Positions 28,462 through 36,425 of a stretch of DNA of 64,000 nt are shown here, one piece after another. Source of the stretch: Bacteroidales bacterium (GTDB taxonomy: Bacteria > Planctomycetota > Planctomycetia > Gemmatales > Gemmataceae); assembly GCA_026931725.1 (NCBI GenBank), contig JAIXLE010000177.1, positions 6,781-70,780 on the forward strand, in the 5' to 3' direction. A program made the translations under genes and the position numbers. Under the pieces are notes generated by a model that did no database searches, was not told the origin of the DNA, and worked only from the letters and a program-made list of their open reading frames with translations. Position 1 is the first letter of the stretch; each line of letters opens with the position of its first letter.

Positions 28462-30027
28462 ATGTCCGATGATCTGGCTTCTCAGATTGAGCAGATTCGT
28501 CTAGGTGGTGGCGCGAAAGCGATCGCCCGTCAGCATGAAAAAGGCCGCCTGACGGCCCGAGAACGGATCACGCAGCTGATCGACCCGGAGACGCACTGGC
28601 TGGAACTCGGGTTGTGGGCTGCTTGGGGGATGTATGCCGAATGGGGTGGGGCACCGGCGGCGGGTGTCGTCACGGGGATCGGCACCGTCGCGGGGCGGCG
28701 GGTGATGGTGATCGCCAACGATGCCACCGTGAAGGCGGGCGCGTTCTTCCCGATGACCTGCAAGAAGGTGCTGCGGGCACAACGCATCGCGCAGGAGAAT
28801 CGGCTACCGTTGGTGTATCTCGTCGATTCTGCTGGGGTCTTTTTGCCTCTGCAAGATGAAGTCTTCCCAGATGAAGACGATTTTGGCCGGGTCTTCCGCA
28901 ACAACGCGGTGATCTCGGCAGCGGGAATACCCCAGTTCGCCGCGATCATGGGGAACTGCGTCGCCGGGGGCGGCTACCTGCCCGTGCTTTGCGACAAACT
29001 GCTGATGACCGAAGGCAGCGGGCTTTACCTTGCTGGCCCCGCACTGGTAAAAGCCGCCATCGGTCAGGTGATCGACCATGAAACCCTCGGCGGTGCCCGG
29101 ATGCACGCGGCCATCAGCGGCACCATCGACTTCCGAGAACCGGATGACTCCGCGTGCCTCACTCGGTTACGGCGACTGGTGGATGGGCTGCCCACAGATG
29201 CGGAACGACTCACGGACCATCACCCCGGCATCACCGATCCCTCGGCGTTCACGCCCTTCACGCAGGCCCAGGAATACGATGTCCGCGACTTGTTGAAGTT
29301 AGTCCTCGATGAGGCTCCGTTCGATGAGTACAAGGCGGAATACGGGCAGACGCTCGTTTGTGGTTACGGTCGCCTCGGTGGGGTGCCGGTGGGGGTCGTG
29401 GCGAATCAGAAGAAGCGGGTGAAGGCCACGGATGGCCCCGTGCAGTTTGGCGGGGTCATTTATGTGGACTCCGCCGAGAAGGCGGCTCGGTTCGTCATGG
29501 ATTGCAACCAGACACGGGTGCCGATTCTCTTCTTTCAGAACGTCAACGGCTTCATGGTCGGCCGGGACAGCGAGCAAGGCGGGATCATCAAAGCGGGGGC
29601 GAAACTCGTCAACGCGATCAGCAATAGCGTGGTGCCGAAACTCACGGTGATCACCGGCGGTTCCTACGGTGCTGGGAACTACGCTCTCTGCGGCAAGGCG
29701 TTCGATCCCCGGTTTGTGCTGGCTTGGCCGATGGCGAAGTACGCGGTCATGGGTGGAGAGCAAGCTGCGGGGACACTTTTGGATGTGCAGGTATCCGCGT
29801 TGAAACGAGCCGGGAAGGAACCCGATGCCGCGGAACTTGCCGCCTTGCGGGATCGGATCAAAGCGGGCTACGACGAACAAGCCGACATCCGTTACGCCGC
29901 CGCGCGACTCTGGGTCGATGCGATCATCTTGCCGGAACAGACCCGGAGCGTGCTGCGGGAAGCGATCGCGGTGGCGACCCGGTACGATGCTGGGCTACCG
30001 TTCCGCACGGGTGTCTTTCAAGTATGA
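28462..30027 (+). CDS. acyl-CoA carboxylase carboxyltransferase (beta) subunit (methylcrotonyl/propionyl-CoA carboxylase-like)
   Basis: ATG at 28462. 521 aa. GGGAKAIARQHEKGRLTARERI, VIANDATVKAGAFFP, GNCVAGGGYLP, and a duplicated crotonase-like CT fold. Confidence 0.9.
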   Translation: MSDDLASQIEQIRLGGGAKAIARQHEKGRLTARERITQLIDPETHWLELGLWAAWGMYAEWGGAPAAGVVTGIGTVAGRRVMVIANDATVKAGAFFPMTCKKVLRAQRIAQENRLPLVYLVDSAGVFLPLQDEVFPDEDDFGRVFRNNAVISAAGIPQFAAIMGNCVAGGGYLPVLCDKLLMTEGSGLYLAGPALVKAAIGQVIDHETLGGARMHAAISGTIDFREPDDSACLTRLRRLVDGLPTDAERLTDHHPGITDPSAFTPFTQAQEYDVRDLLKLVLDEAPFDEYKAEYGQTLVCGYGRLGGVPVGVVANQKKRVKATDGPVQFGGVIYVDSAEKAARFVMDCNQTRVPILFFQNVNGFMVGRDSEQGGIIKAGAKLVNAISNSVVPKLTVITGGSYGAGNYALCGKAFDPRFVLAWPMAKYAVMGGEQAAGTLLDVQVSALKRAGKEPDAAELAALRDRIKAGYDEQADIRYAAARLWVDAIILPEQTRSVLREAIAVATRYDAGLPFRTGVFQV

Positions 30028-30032
30028 ACCGG

Positions 30033-30066
30033 AACCGAGGGCTGCCGTCCCCGGTTGTGTTTCCCC
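30033..30066. repeat. REP-like palindromic element, copy d (imperfect)
   Basis: aaccgagggc-tgcc-gtccccggtt+gtgtttcccc, 6 nt after the carboxyltransferase stop. Confidence 0.7.
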
Positions 30067-30085
30067 ATCTCACCGGGTTTGTGTA

Positions 30086-30760
30086 TTACACGCAGATTTC
30101 GATGATGAGGAAGTTGTCGGGTTCCTTCTTGTACAGCTCGGCCGCGGCTCGCAGTGTCAGGATGCGACATTCGTGCCAAGGGCTCGAAAATTTCGGCAGG
30201 GAGTCCGGGTACGGGAAGTTCTCCAAATGTTCCACACGGAGGAGCATGGCCCGGACCTTACGGATACGCTCATCGCCGACCAGTTCGCATGTCAGAAACA
30301 GGGCGTACCGCACCTTCGTGACCGGAAGCCCTGCATCTTGCCGAACGTGCCCTTCCACGAAATGCTCGGCGACAGCGTTCAACACATAGTTGAGCAGATA
30401 CCAACGATCCTTCGGGGCGATCGGCATAATCGGTTGGTCGAGCGTGCAGCTTTGGGCCGCCGTGAGGACTTTTTCGATGGCGATCTGGTTCAGGAAGATT
30501 TCATCCAACGATCGTTCCATGACCGTGCGAATCTTGAGATAGCCATCGGAGAAGATGTTGAAAGAGACAATGATGCGATTGAAGAATTCCTGTTTCGTCC
30601 ATTCCCGGTGCGCCTTATACCGCCCCCAGTAGCGACCGAACAGGAACGAACCCACCGTCGTCACGAGGCCGACGACCACGGCCACCACGACTTTCTTCCC
30701 AGAATCCGTGGCGATCTCCGTTACGGGATCAGCCGCTTGCGCCAGCAAAGTCAGGTCCAT
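30086..30760 (-). CDS. hypothetical membrane-anchored protein
   Basis: ATG at 30760 avoids overlap with the upstream gene. 224 aa. One N-terminal TM (VVVAVVVGLVTTVGSFLFG) plus a ~170-aa soluble domain. No family recognised. Confidence 0.5.
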   Translation of the reverse strand: MDLTLLAQAADPVTEIATDSGKKVVVAVVVGLVTTVGSFLFGRYWGRYKAHREWTKQEFFNRIIVSFNIFSDGYLKIRTVMERSLDEIFLNQIAIEKVLTAAQSCTLDQPIMPIAPKDRWYLLNYVLNAVAEHFVEGHVRQDAGLPVTKVRYALFLTCELVGDERIRKVRAMLLRVEHLENFPYPDSLPKFSSPWHECRILTLRAAAELYKKEPDNFLIIEICV

Positions 30761-30830
30761 CGGGGTTTCTCGCGTTGGGGTGTGAGTACCAGCAAAGAGC
30801 CAAGGCACAGGGCGCAGGTTCACGATCCGA

Positions 30831-31844
30831 TCAGACCCGTGGGCCAATCTCGATGGCGGTGAGGAGTTCCACTTTGCCGCCACGCCCGACCGCATAACGG
30901 AACTGGGTGCGTCGGGTGCAGGCCGCGCCGATCGCGCCTTGGGGGTTCAAGGCCACGAAGGCGACGTTGGCCGGATGGACCCCCCGTCGGACGCTGGTTG
31001 CGTTCACCCGCTGACACGCCAGTTCGCACGCCTGTTGGGGCGTTTTTCCCGATCGCATCTGTTCCACGATGAAGAAACTCCCATTGATGCGGATGATTTC
31101 CTCACCCACCCCAGTTGCCCCGGCGGCTCCGGCTTCGTCGTCGACGTACAAACCGGAGCCGATCAACGGGGAATCACCGACCCGGCCCGGCCATTTGAAC
31201 CCCAGCCCGGACGTGGTGCAGACTCCGCCAAGGTGGCCATCCCGGCCCAGTCCGAGGACCGTGACCGTGTCGTGGTTCTGCTCGTCCGCCACGTTGATGT
31301 CATCGGGCGAGGCGGGCGGTGGGCGGAGGGCGGCTTTCTTGAGGAACTCAGGTCGCTTTTCGTACCATTCCCGGATGCTCTCCGGCGTGTGCGGCATTTC
31401 CAGTAAAAAGCCGTTTTGCAAGGCGAACCATTTGGCCCCTTCGCCGACAATCAGAACGTGGGGGCTCTTTTCCATCACGAGTCGGGCCAGGGCGGCGGGA
31501 TGGCGGATATGCTCCACGCAGGCGACCGCGCCACAGGCCAGGGTCCGGCCATCCATGACGCAGGCATCGAGTGTCAGACGGCCCAGGCGATCCGGGATGC
31601 TGGCAAATCCGACGGAATGTACGGTCGGATCTTCTTCCACAGCTTGTGCGCCCGCGATCACGGCATCCAGCGCTGGGCGGCCCGCGGTCAGCAGGGGAGA
31701 GGCTGTCTCCACCGCGACTTTCCCAAATGGCCAGGTAGCGATCACAACCGGGTCCGCCATGACAGCCTCGCAACCAGGATCCGCGAACAGGAAAAGAATC
31801 CAGAGAGCGGAACCCAGCGTACCCGAACCGGGAAGAAATGTCAT
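30831..31844 (-). CDS. N4-(beta-N-acetylglucosaminyl)-L-asparaginase / isoaspartyl peptidase (Ntn hydrolase)
   Basis: 337 aa. Signal-like N-terminus. HDTVTVLGL (autoproteolysis Thr), GRVGDSPLIGSGLYVD and GATGVGEE motifs. Confidence 0.85.
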   Translation of the reverse strand: MTFLPGSGTLGSALWILFLFADPGCEAVMADPVVIATWPFGKVAVETASPLLTAGRPALDAVIAGAQAVEEDPTVHSVGFASIPDRLGRLTLDACVMDGRTLACGAVACVEHIRHPAALARLVMEKSPHVLIVGEGAKWFALQNGFLLEMPHTPESIREWYEKRPEFLKKAALRPPPASPDDINVADEQNHDTVTVLGLGRDGHLGGVCTTSGLGFKWPGRVGDSPLIGSGLYVDDEAGAAGATGVGEEIIRINGSFFIVEQMRSGKTPQQACELACQRVNATSVRRGVHPANVAFVALNPQGAIGAACTRRTQFRYAVGRGGKVELLTAIEIGPRV

Positions 31845-31994
31845 CCGTTGAAATCATTCTGGAACACGGACCACTGGAGACGGGAGGATGCCGGAAACAA
31901 ACGGCGGGCGCGGCAACCGTGGCGGGTTCCTGTAAGATGAAACGTCGGATGGCTGGTCACACAGCGCCGCATACTTTCTCCGGGATGACTGCAT

Positions 31995-32873
31995 TTGAAG
32001 ATGGAACCTTTGCGTACTCTCGGCTGGTCGACGTGGCTCGGCTGGCAGATTGAATCCAACTGGGCGGATCTGCGGCTGTTCCTGTTGTATCTCGTCATCA
32101 AACCCGTATGCGGTTCGTTGATGCTGGTCTGCATGTTCTTCGCCGCGAAGTACGCCGCCCCGACACGGGTGCCCGCGGAGTTTCTGCCGTACATTTACGT
32201 CTCGAACGCCTGTTACGGTCTGGTCGGTACGGTGATGTTCGGCATGAGTTACGTCGTCATTTCGGATCGGGAATCGTACCGGATGCTGAAGTACATCTTC
32301 ATCAGCCCGGCTCAGTTTCAGGCGTACTTTCTCGGTCGGGGATTCGCGCGGATGCTCGAAGGGGCCGCCGGGGGGTTCATCACGATCCTCGCGGGGCTGG
32401 CGATTCCCCAGGTGCGGGCCGCCGTGCGTTTGGAGAATATCGACCCACTGTGGCTGCTGGTTTATCTGGCCATCGGGGCGGTGCTGCTTTGGTCCTGTGG
32501 GATGGTGTTGGCCTCGGCGATGCTGAACATGAGCCGCAGCGGCATGTTCCTCAGTGAAGGTGTCGCCGCCGTGATTTACTTCCTGAGCGGAGTCGTGTTC
32601 CCGATCACGGTGCTGCCGAGTTGGTTGCAGCCGGTGAGTCTGACCCTCCAGACGACGTACTGGCTGGAAGGAATGCGGCGGGCACTCACGGGCATCCCGC
32701 CACCGGGTTCCCCCTTGGCCGCGTCACCGTTGGCGGCCTGGTCGAAGCCCGAATTGGCCGTGGCGTTACTGGTCACGACCGTGGGGTTGGTTCTGGTTTC
32801 CCAGTGGTTTTATCGCTTCAGCGTCCGCCGGGCGTGGTGGCGTGGACGGATCGAAGAAACCACCGGAGTGTGA
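31995..32873 (+). CDS. ABC-2 type transporter permease
   Basis: 292 aa with ~6 TM segments and an ABC-2 family-like N-terminus (WLGWQIESNWADLRLF). No adjacent ATPase gene. Confidence 0.65.
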   Translation: MKMEPLRTLGWSTWLGWQIESNWADLRLFLLYLVIKPVCGSLMLVCMFFAAKYAAPTRVPAEFLPYIYVSNACYGLVGTVMFGMSYVVISDRESYRMLKYIFISPAQFQAYFLGRGFARMLEGAAGGFITILAGLAIPQVRAAVRLENIDPLWLLVYLAIGAVLLWSCGMVLASAMLNMSRSGMFLSEGVAAVIYFLSGVVFPITVLPSWLQPVSLTLQTTYWLEGMRRALTGIPPPGSPLAASPLAAWSKPELAVALLVTTVGLVLVSQWFYRFSVRRAWWRGRIEETTGV

Positions 32874-32881
32874 ACCCTTGT

Positions 32882-33256
32882 TCATTTTTCGACCGGCAGG
32901 CCACTTTGTGTCCAACCGCGCCAGCCGCCATCCATGCTGATGACGGCGGTGTAACCCATCTTTTGCAAATTATCAGCAGCCAGCGCGGAGCGGAAGCCGC
33001 CACCACAGTAGAGAATGAGCTCGGTGCTGTGATCGGGCACTTTGGCTTCGATGTCCCGTTCGATGACCCCCTTGCCGATGTGAATGGCCCCAGGAATATG
33101 GCCCGCGGCATATTCGCTTTCTTCCCGAACATCGACAATGGTGAACTTTTCCCCCGCTTGGGAACGCCGGGTGACATCTGCCACGGTGCATTCTCGAATG
33201 CGGGATTTGGCATCGGTGACGATGGCCAGGAAACCCGGTGCGTGTTGCTTGCCCAT
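32882..33256 (-). CDS. rhodanese-like domain protein
   Basis: FTIVDVREESEYAAGHIPGAIHI and active-site loop LYCGGGFRSA. Confidence 0.85.
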   Translation of the reverse strand: MGKQHAPGFLAIVTDAKSRIRECTVADVTRRSQAGEKFTIVDVREESEYAAGHIPGAIHIGKGVIERDIEAKVPDHSTELILYCGGGFRSALAADNLQKMGYTAVISMDGGWRGWTQSGLPVEK

Positions 33257-33321
33257 TTGGCCTCTCATTTGCTGTTAGAGTGTACGGAAAAAGAGTTTAT
33301 CATGATCCAGGGGACGTTGCT

Positions 33322-33693
33322 ATGAATCGATTGCTTATCGCCAGCATGTTGATGCCGGTGATTCCGCTCACGGCAACGGCCCAGACACCGAGTGATCGGC
33401 CCACGCAAACGGTGTTTCATCCGGTGGAATCGACTGGCGATCTGTTGACCAGCCGTTCTCGGCAATTTTGGGTTTCGGTCATCAGCGGTTTCCAAACCGT
33501 GGAGACGATTAACACGCTGTTTCTCCGCCACGCCGCGGATACGCCGATGCGGATGGTGCGGTTGTCGATGCTCGGTTCCACGGCCTCACGGGACACGACG
33601 GACACCGTATTGACGACGATCATGCCTTGGTTGACCCCACGCACGAAGCCGTACTACCCCACAGGGGGTTCGGCGCTCGGTCTGGCTCCGTAA
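33322..33693 (+). CDS. small secreted hypothetical protein
   Basis: ATG at 33322. Signal peptide MNRLLIASMLMPVIPLTATAQ. G/C-biased third positions. No family recognised. Confidence 0.4.
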   Translation: MNRLLIASMLMPVIPLTATAQTPSDRPTQTVFHPVESTGDLLTSRSRQFWVSVISGFQTVETINTLFLRHAADTPMRMVRLSMLGSTASRDTTDTVLTTIMPWLTPRTKPYYPTGGSALGLAP

Positions 33694-33708
33694 TTGTAAT
33701 CATTACGG
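33688..33708. terminator. 7-bp-stem hairpin between convergent genes
   Basis: ccgtaat-tgtaatc-attacgg lies between the stop at 33693 (+) and the xylA stop at 33746 (-). Weak: no clear U-tract. Confidence 0.3.
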
Positions 33709-33745
33709 AAATGCCCGCCGGTGAACGCCGGTGGGCTTGTTGTTT

Positions 33746-35056
33746 TTACAGATACCGATTGATGATGTTTTCCAGCATCTCCTGACGGCCGGACGGGTTC
33801 GGGGCCGGGTTCCCCTTCTGGAGCATGTAGGCCGTCAGCGTCTCGAAGGAATGTTTCCCCGCTTCGATCTCCGCGCCGATGCCATTGTCCCAACTGGCGT
33901 ACCGCTGCTGGAGGAATTCGGTCAGCGCCCCATCCTGACGAATGGCCGCGGCAATCTTGAGCCCTTGCGCGAAAGCGTCCATCCCGCCGATGTGGGCGTA
34001 AAACAGGTCAATCGGTTCAAAACTCTCGCGGCGGACCTTGGCATCAAAGTTCAACCCACCCGCACCGAGTCCGCCTTGGCCGAGGACCACGAGCATCACT
34101 TGGGCGGCGGTGTACAAATCCGTGGGGAACTGGTCCGTGTCCCAGCCCAAGAGTGGGTCGCCCCGGTTGGCATCAATGCTGCCGAGCATCCCGTAACCGC
34201 TGGCGTACAGCAGTTCGTGCATCATCGTGTGCTTGGCCAGTGTGGCGTGGTTCGTCTCGACGTTGAACCGGAACTCCTTCTCCAGCCCATACGTTCGCAG
34301 AAACGCCATGGCGTTCGCGCAATCGAAATCGTACTGGTGCGAGGTCGGTTCGTGTGGCTTGGGCTCGATCAGGAAAGTGCCGGTGAAACCGATCTTCTTC
34401 TTGTGGTCGACGGCCATGTGCAGGAATTTCGCCAAGTGGTCGAGTTCCCGGCGGAGATCGGTGTTGTACGGGTTGACATATCCTTCCCGGCCGCCCCAGA
34501 AGACGTAGTTTGCGCCGTCGAGTTCGAGCGTGACTTCCAGGGCTTTTTGCACCTGAGCCGCCGCGTAGGCGAAGACATCCGCGTTGCAGGAGGTACTCGC
34601 CCCGTGCAGGAATCGCGGGTGCGAGAACAGATTGGCCGTACCCCAGAGTAGCCGAATCCCGGTGCGTTGCTGTTCTTCTTTCAGCACCCGCACAACGGCA
34701 TCGAGGTTCTGGTGGCTCTCGGCCAGCGTCTTCCCTTCCGGGGCGACATCCCGATCGTGGAAGCAGTAGAACGGGCAACCCAGCTTCTCGATGAACTCGA
34801 AGGCAACCCGCACGCGCTTCTGGGCCATCGCCACGGAATCGGTCCCATCTTCCCACGGTCGGAGCATGGTTCCGGGGCCGAACGGGTCCGAGCCGGTGCC
34901 CCGAAAGGTGTGCCAATAGGCGACCGCGAACCGCAGATGATCCTTCATGGATCGGCCCGCAACGATCTCATCCGGGTTGTAATGCCGAAAGGCGAGTGGG
35001 TTCTGGCTGGTCGGACCTTCATAGACGATTTTCGGAACATCCGGGAAATAGCTCAT
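33746..35056 (-). CDS. xylA: xylose isomerase
   Basis: ATG at 35056 gives [30 protein letters not shown]...; also FCFHDRD, WGGREGY and EPKPHEPT. 436 aa. Confidence 0.92.
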   Translation of the reverse strand: MSYFPDVPKIVYEGPTSQNPLAFRHYNPDEIVAGRSMKDHLRFAVAYWHTFRGTGSDPFGPGTMLRPWEDGTDSVAMAQKRVRVAFEFIEKLGCPFYCFHDRDVAPEGKTLAESHQNLDAVVRVLKEEQQRTGIRLLWGTANLFSHPRFLHGASTSCNADVFAYAAAQVQKALEVTLELDGANYVFWGGREGYVNPYNTDLRRELDHLAKFLHMAVDHKKKIGFTGTFLIEPKPHEPTSHQYDFDCANAMAFLRTYGLEKEFRFNVETNHATLAKHTMMHELLYASGYGMLGSIDANRGDPLLGWDTDQFPTDLYTAAQVMLVVLGQGGLGAGGLNFDAKVRRESFEPIDLFYAHIGGMDAFAQGLKIAAAIRQDGALTEFLQQRYASWDNGIGAEIEAGKHSFETLTAYMLQKGNPAPNPSGRQEMLENIINRYL

Positions 35057-35135
35057 GATGCCTCGGGGGCTGAAGGGAACAGAGGATCGGCTACGGAAAC
35101 AGAGTACGCCCCCATCCCGGTGATGGGTAGCCAGT

Positions 35136-36206
35136 TCATCCGTTTGGGGATCCGGGAATGAGCTGAGCGGCGAGGCGGAACGCGGCGTACAAGCTCGCGG
35201 GGTTGGCGAGTCCCTGCCAGGCGATGTCAAACGCGGTGCCGTGATCGACCGAGGTGCGGACGATGGGCAGCCCCAGCGTGACGTTGATCCCCTCATCGAA
35301 GGCAAGCGCCTTCAACGGAATCAGCCCCTGATCGTGATACATGCAGATGTACGCATCCGTGGTCGCCCGGCGGCGCGCCAGGAAAGCCGTATCCGGGGGG
35401 AAGGGGCCGTCGATGGTGATTCCCTTCTGGCGGGCACGTTCCACGGCCGGGATGATGAATCGTTCTTCTTCCCGATCGCCGAACAACCCGCGTTCCCCGG
35501 CATGAGGGTTGAGTCCGCAGATGGTCAGTCGCGGTTTCCGGCCCCGCATCCGGGTCATGGCCGCGTCCGTCAATTCAATCGCATCGAGAATCGTTTCGAT
35601 GCTTAATAGCTGGGGCACGTCTCGGTAGCCGACGTGTGCGGTGACGAGGCTGCATGTGATCTCCGGGGCGGTCAACATCATGCACGAACGGGCCGCGCCG
35701 GTGAGCGTGGTGAACATCTCCGTGTGTCCGGGGAACGGAACCCCCGCGGCGGCAAGGGCTTCTTTGTGGATCGGAGCCGTGCAAACCGCATCGACTTGCC
35801 CGGCGCGCGCCGCCGCAATCGCAGCGGAAATGTACGCAAACGCGGCGCGTCCGGCGGCCGCGGATACCTGCCCTGGGGTGAAGTCGGTGGGGCGAATCTG
35901 TTGAAAATCCAGAATCGTCGCGGTGCGGATCGCGTGGGCATTTTGGGAAAATGTCTCACGGTTCTCCACATTCCGGGGCATCGGCAACCGCAACCGCTCC
36001 GCAACGGCGGCCAGCACGGAGACATCGCCGAACACGATGGGGATTGCTACTTCGTGCAGCGGTTCTTCTGCCAGGAGTCGTAGGCAGAGTTCCGGCCCCA
36101 CCCCGGCTGGGTCGCCCATCGTTACGGCAATTCGCGGTCGGGTGGCATGCGTTGGGGTGGCAGGCACGGTGAGAATCTCCCGGTTCGTTCGTCTCTCCCA
36201 GAGCAT
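35136..36206 (-). CDS. pdxA: 4-hydroxythreonine-4-phosphate dehydrogenase
   Basis: [48 protein letters not shown]. Start placed at ATG 36206. Upstream codons of the ORF are produced by a 9-bp tandem repeat. Confidence 0.88.
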   Translation of the reverse strand: MLWERRTNREILTVPATPTHATRPRIAVTMGDPAGVGPELCLRLLAEEPLHEVAIPIVFGDVSVLAAVAERLRLPMPRNVENRETFSQNAHAIRTATILDFQQIRPTDFTPGQVSAAAGRAAFAYISAAIAAARAGQVDAVCTAPIHKEALAAAGVPFPGHTEMFTTLTGAARSCMMLTAPEITCSLVTAHVGYRDVPQLLSIETILDAIELTDAAMTRMRGRKPRLTICGLNPHAGERGLFGDREEERFIIPAVERARQKGITIDGPFPPDTAFLARRRATTDAYICMYHDQGLIPLKALAFDEGINVTLGLPIVRTSVDHGTAFDIAWQGLANPASLYAAFRLAAQLIPGSPNG

Positions 36207-36217
36207 TCTATCCCGAT

Positions 36218-36244
36218 GGCGATTGTGGCGATTGTGGCGATTGC
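36218..36244. repeat. 9-bp tandem repeat x3 (ggcgattgt)
   Basis: ggcgattgt ggcgattgt ggcgattgc, read directly, immediately upstream of the chosen pdxA start. Confidence 0.85.
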
Positions 36245-36425
36245 GCAATCTCGGTTGACGGCGCTGGCCCTGTGCGGCCACAATAAGAACTGGTTCCATT
36301 CGTTCCCGCCAGGATGGCCGACGGAAGATTGCCGCGATTCTCCCGGACACCCGGCTTGACTTGTCCGCGTACTGTGTGAGTAGTCGAATCCGGCCATCGC
36401 CGGTTTGTAGAAAGGACCAACTCGA

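Noticed and set aside
35136-36350. Full-length 404-aa version of pdxA
   Set aside because: The extra 48 N-terminal codons are Arg-rich and partly generated by the 9-bp tandem repeat. PdxA similarity begins after the internal ATG at 36206.
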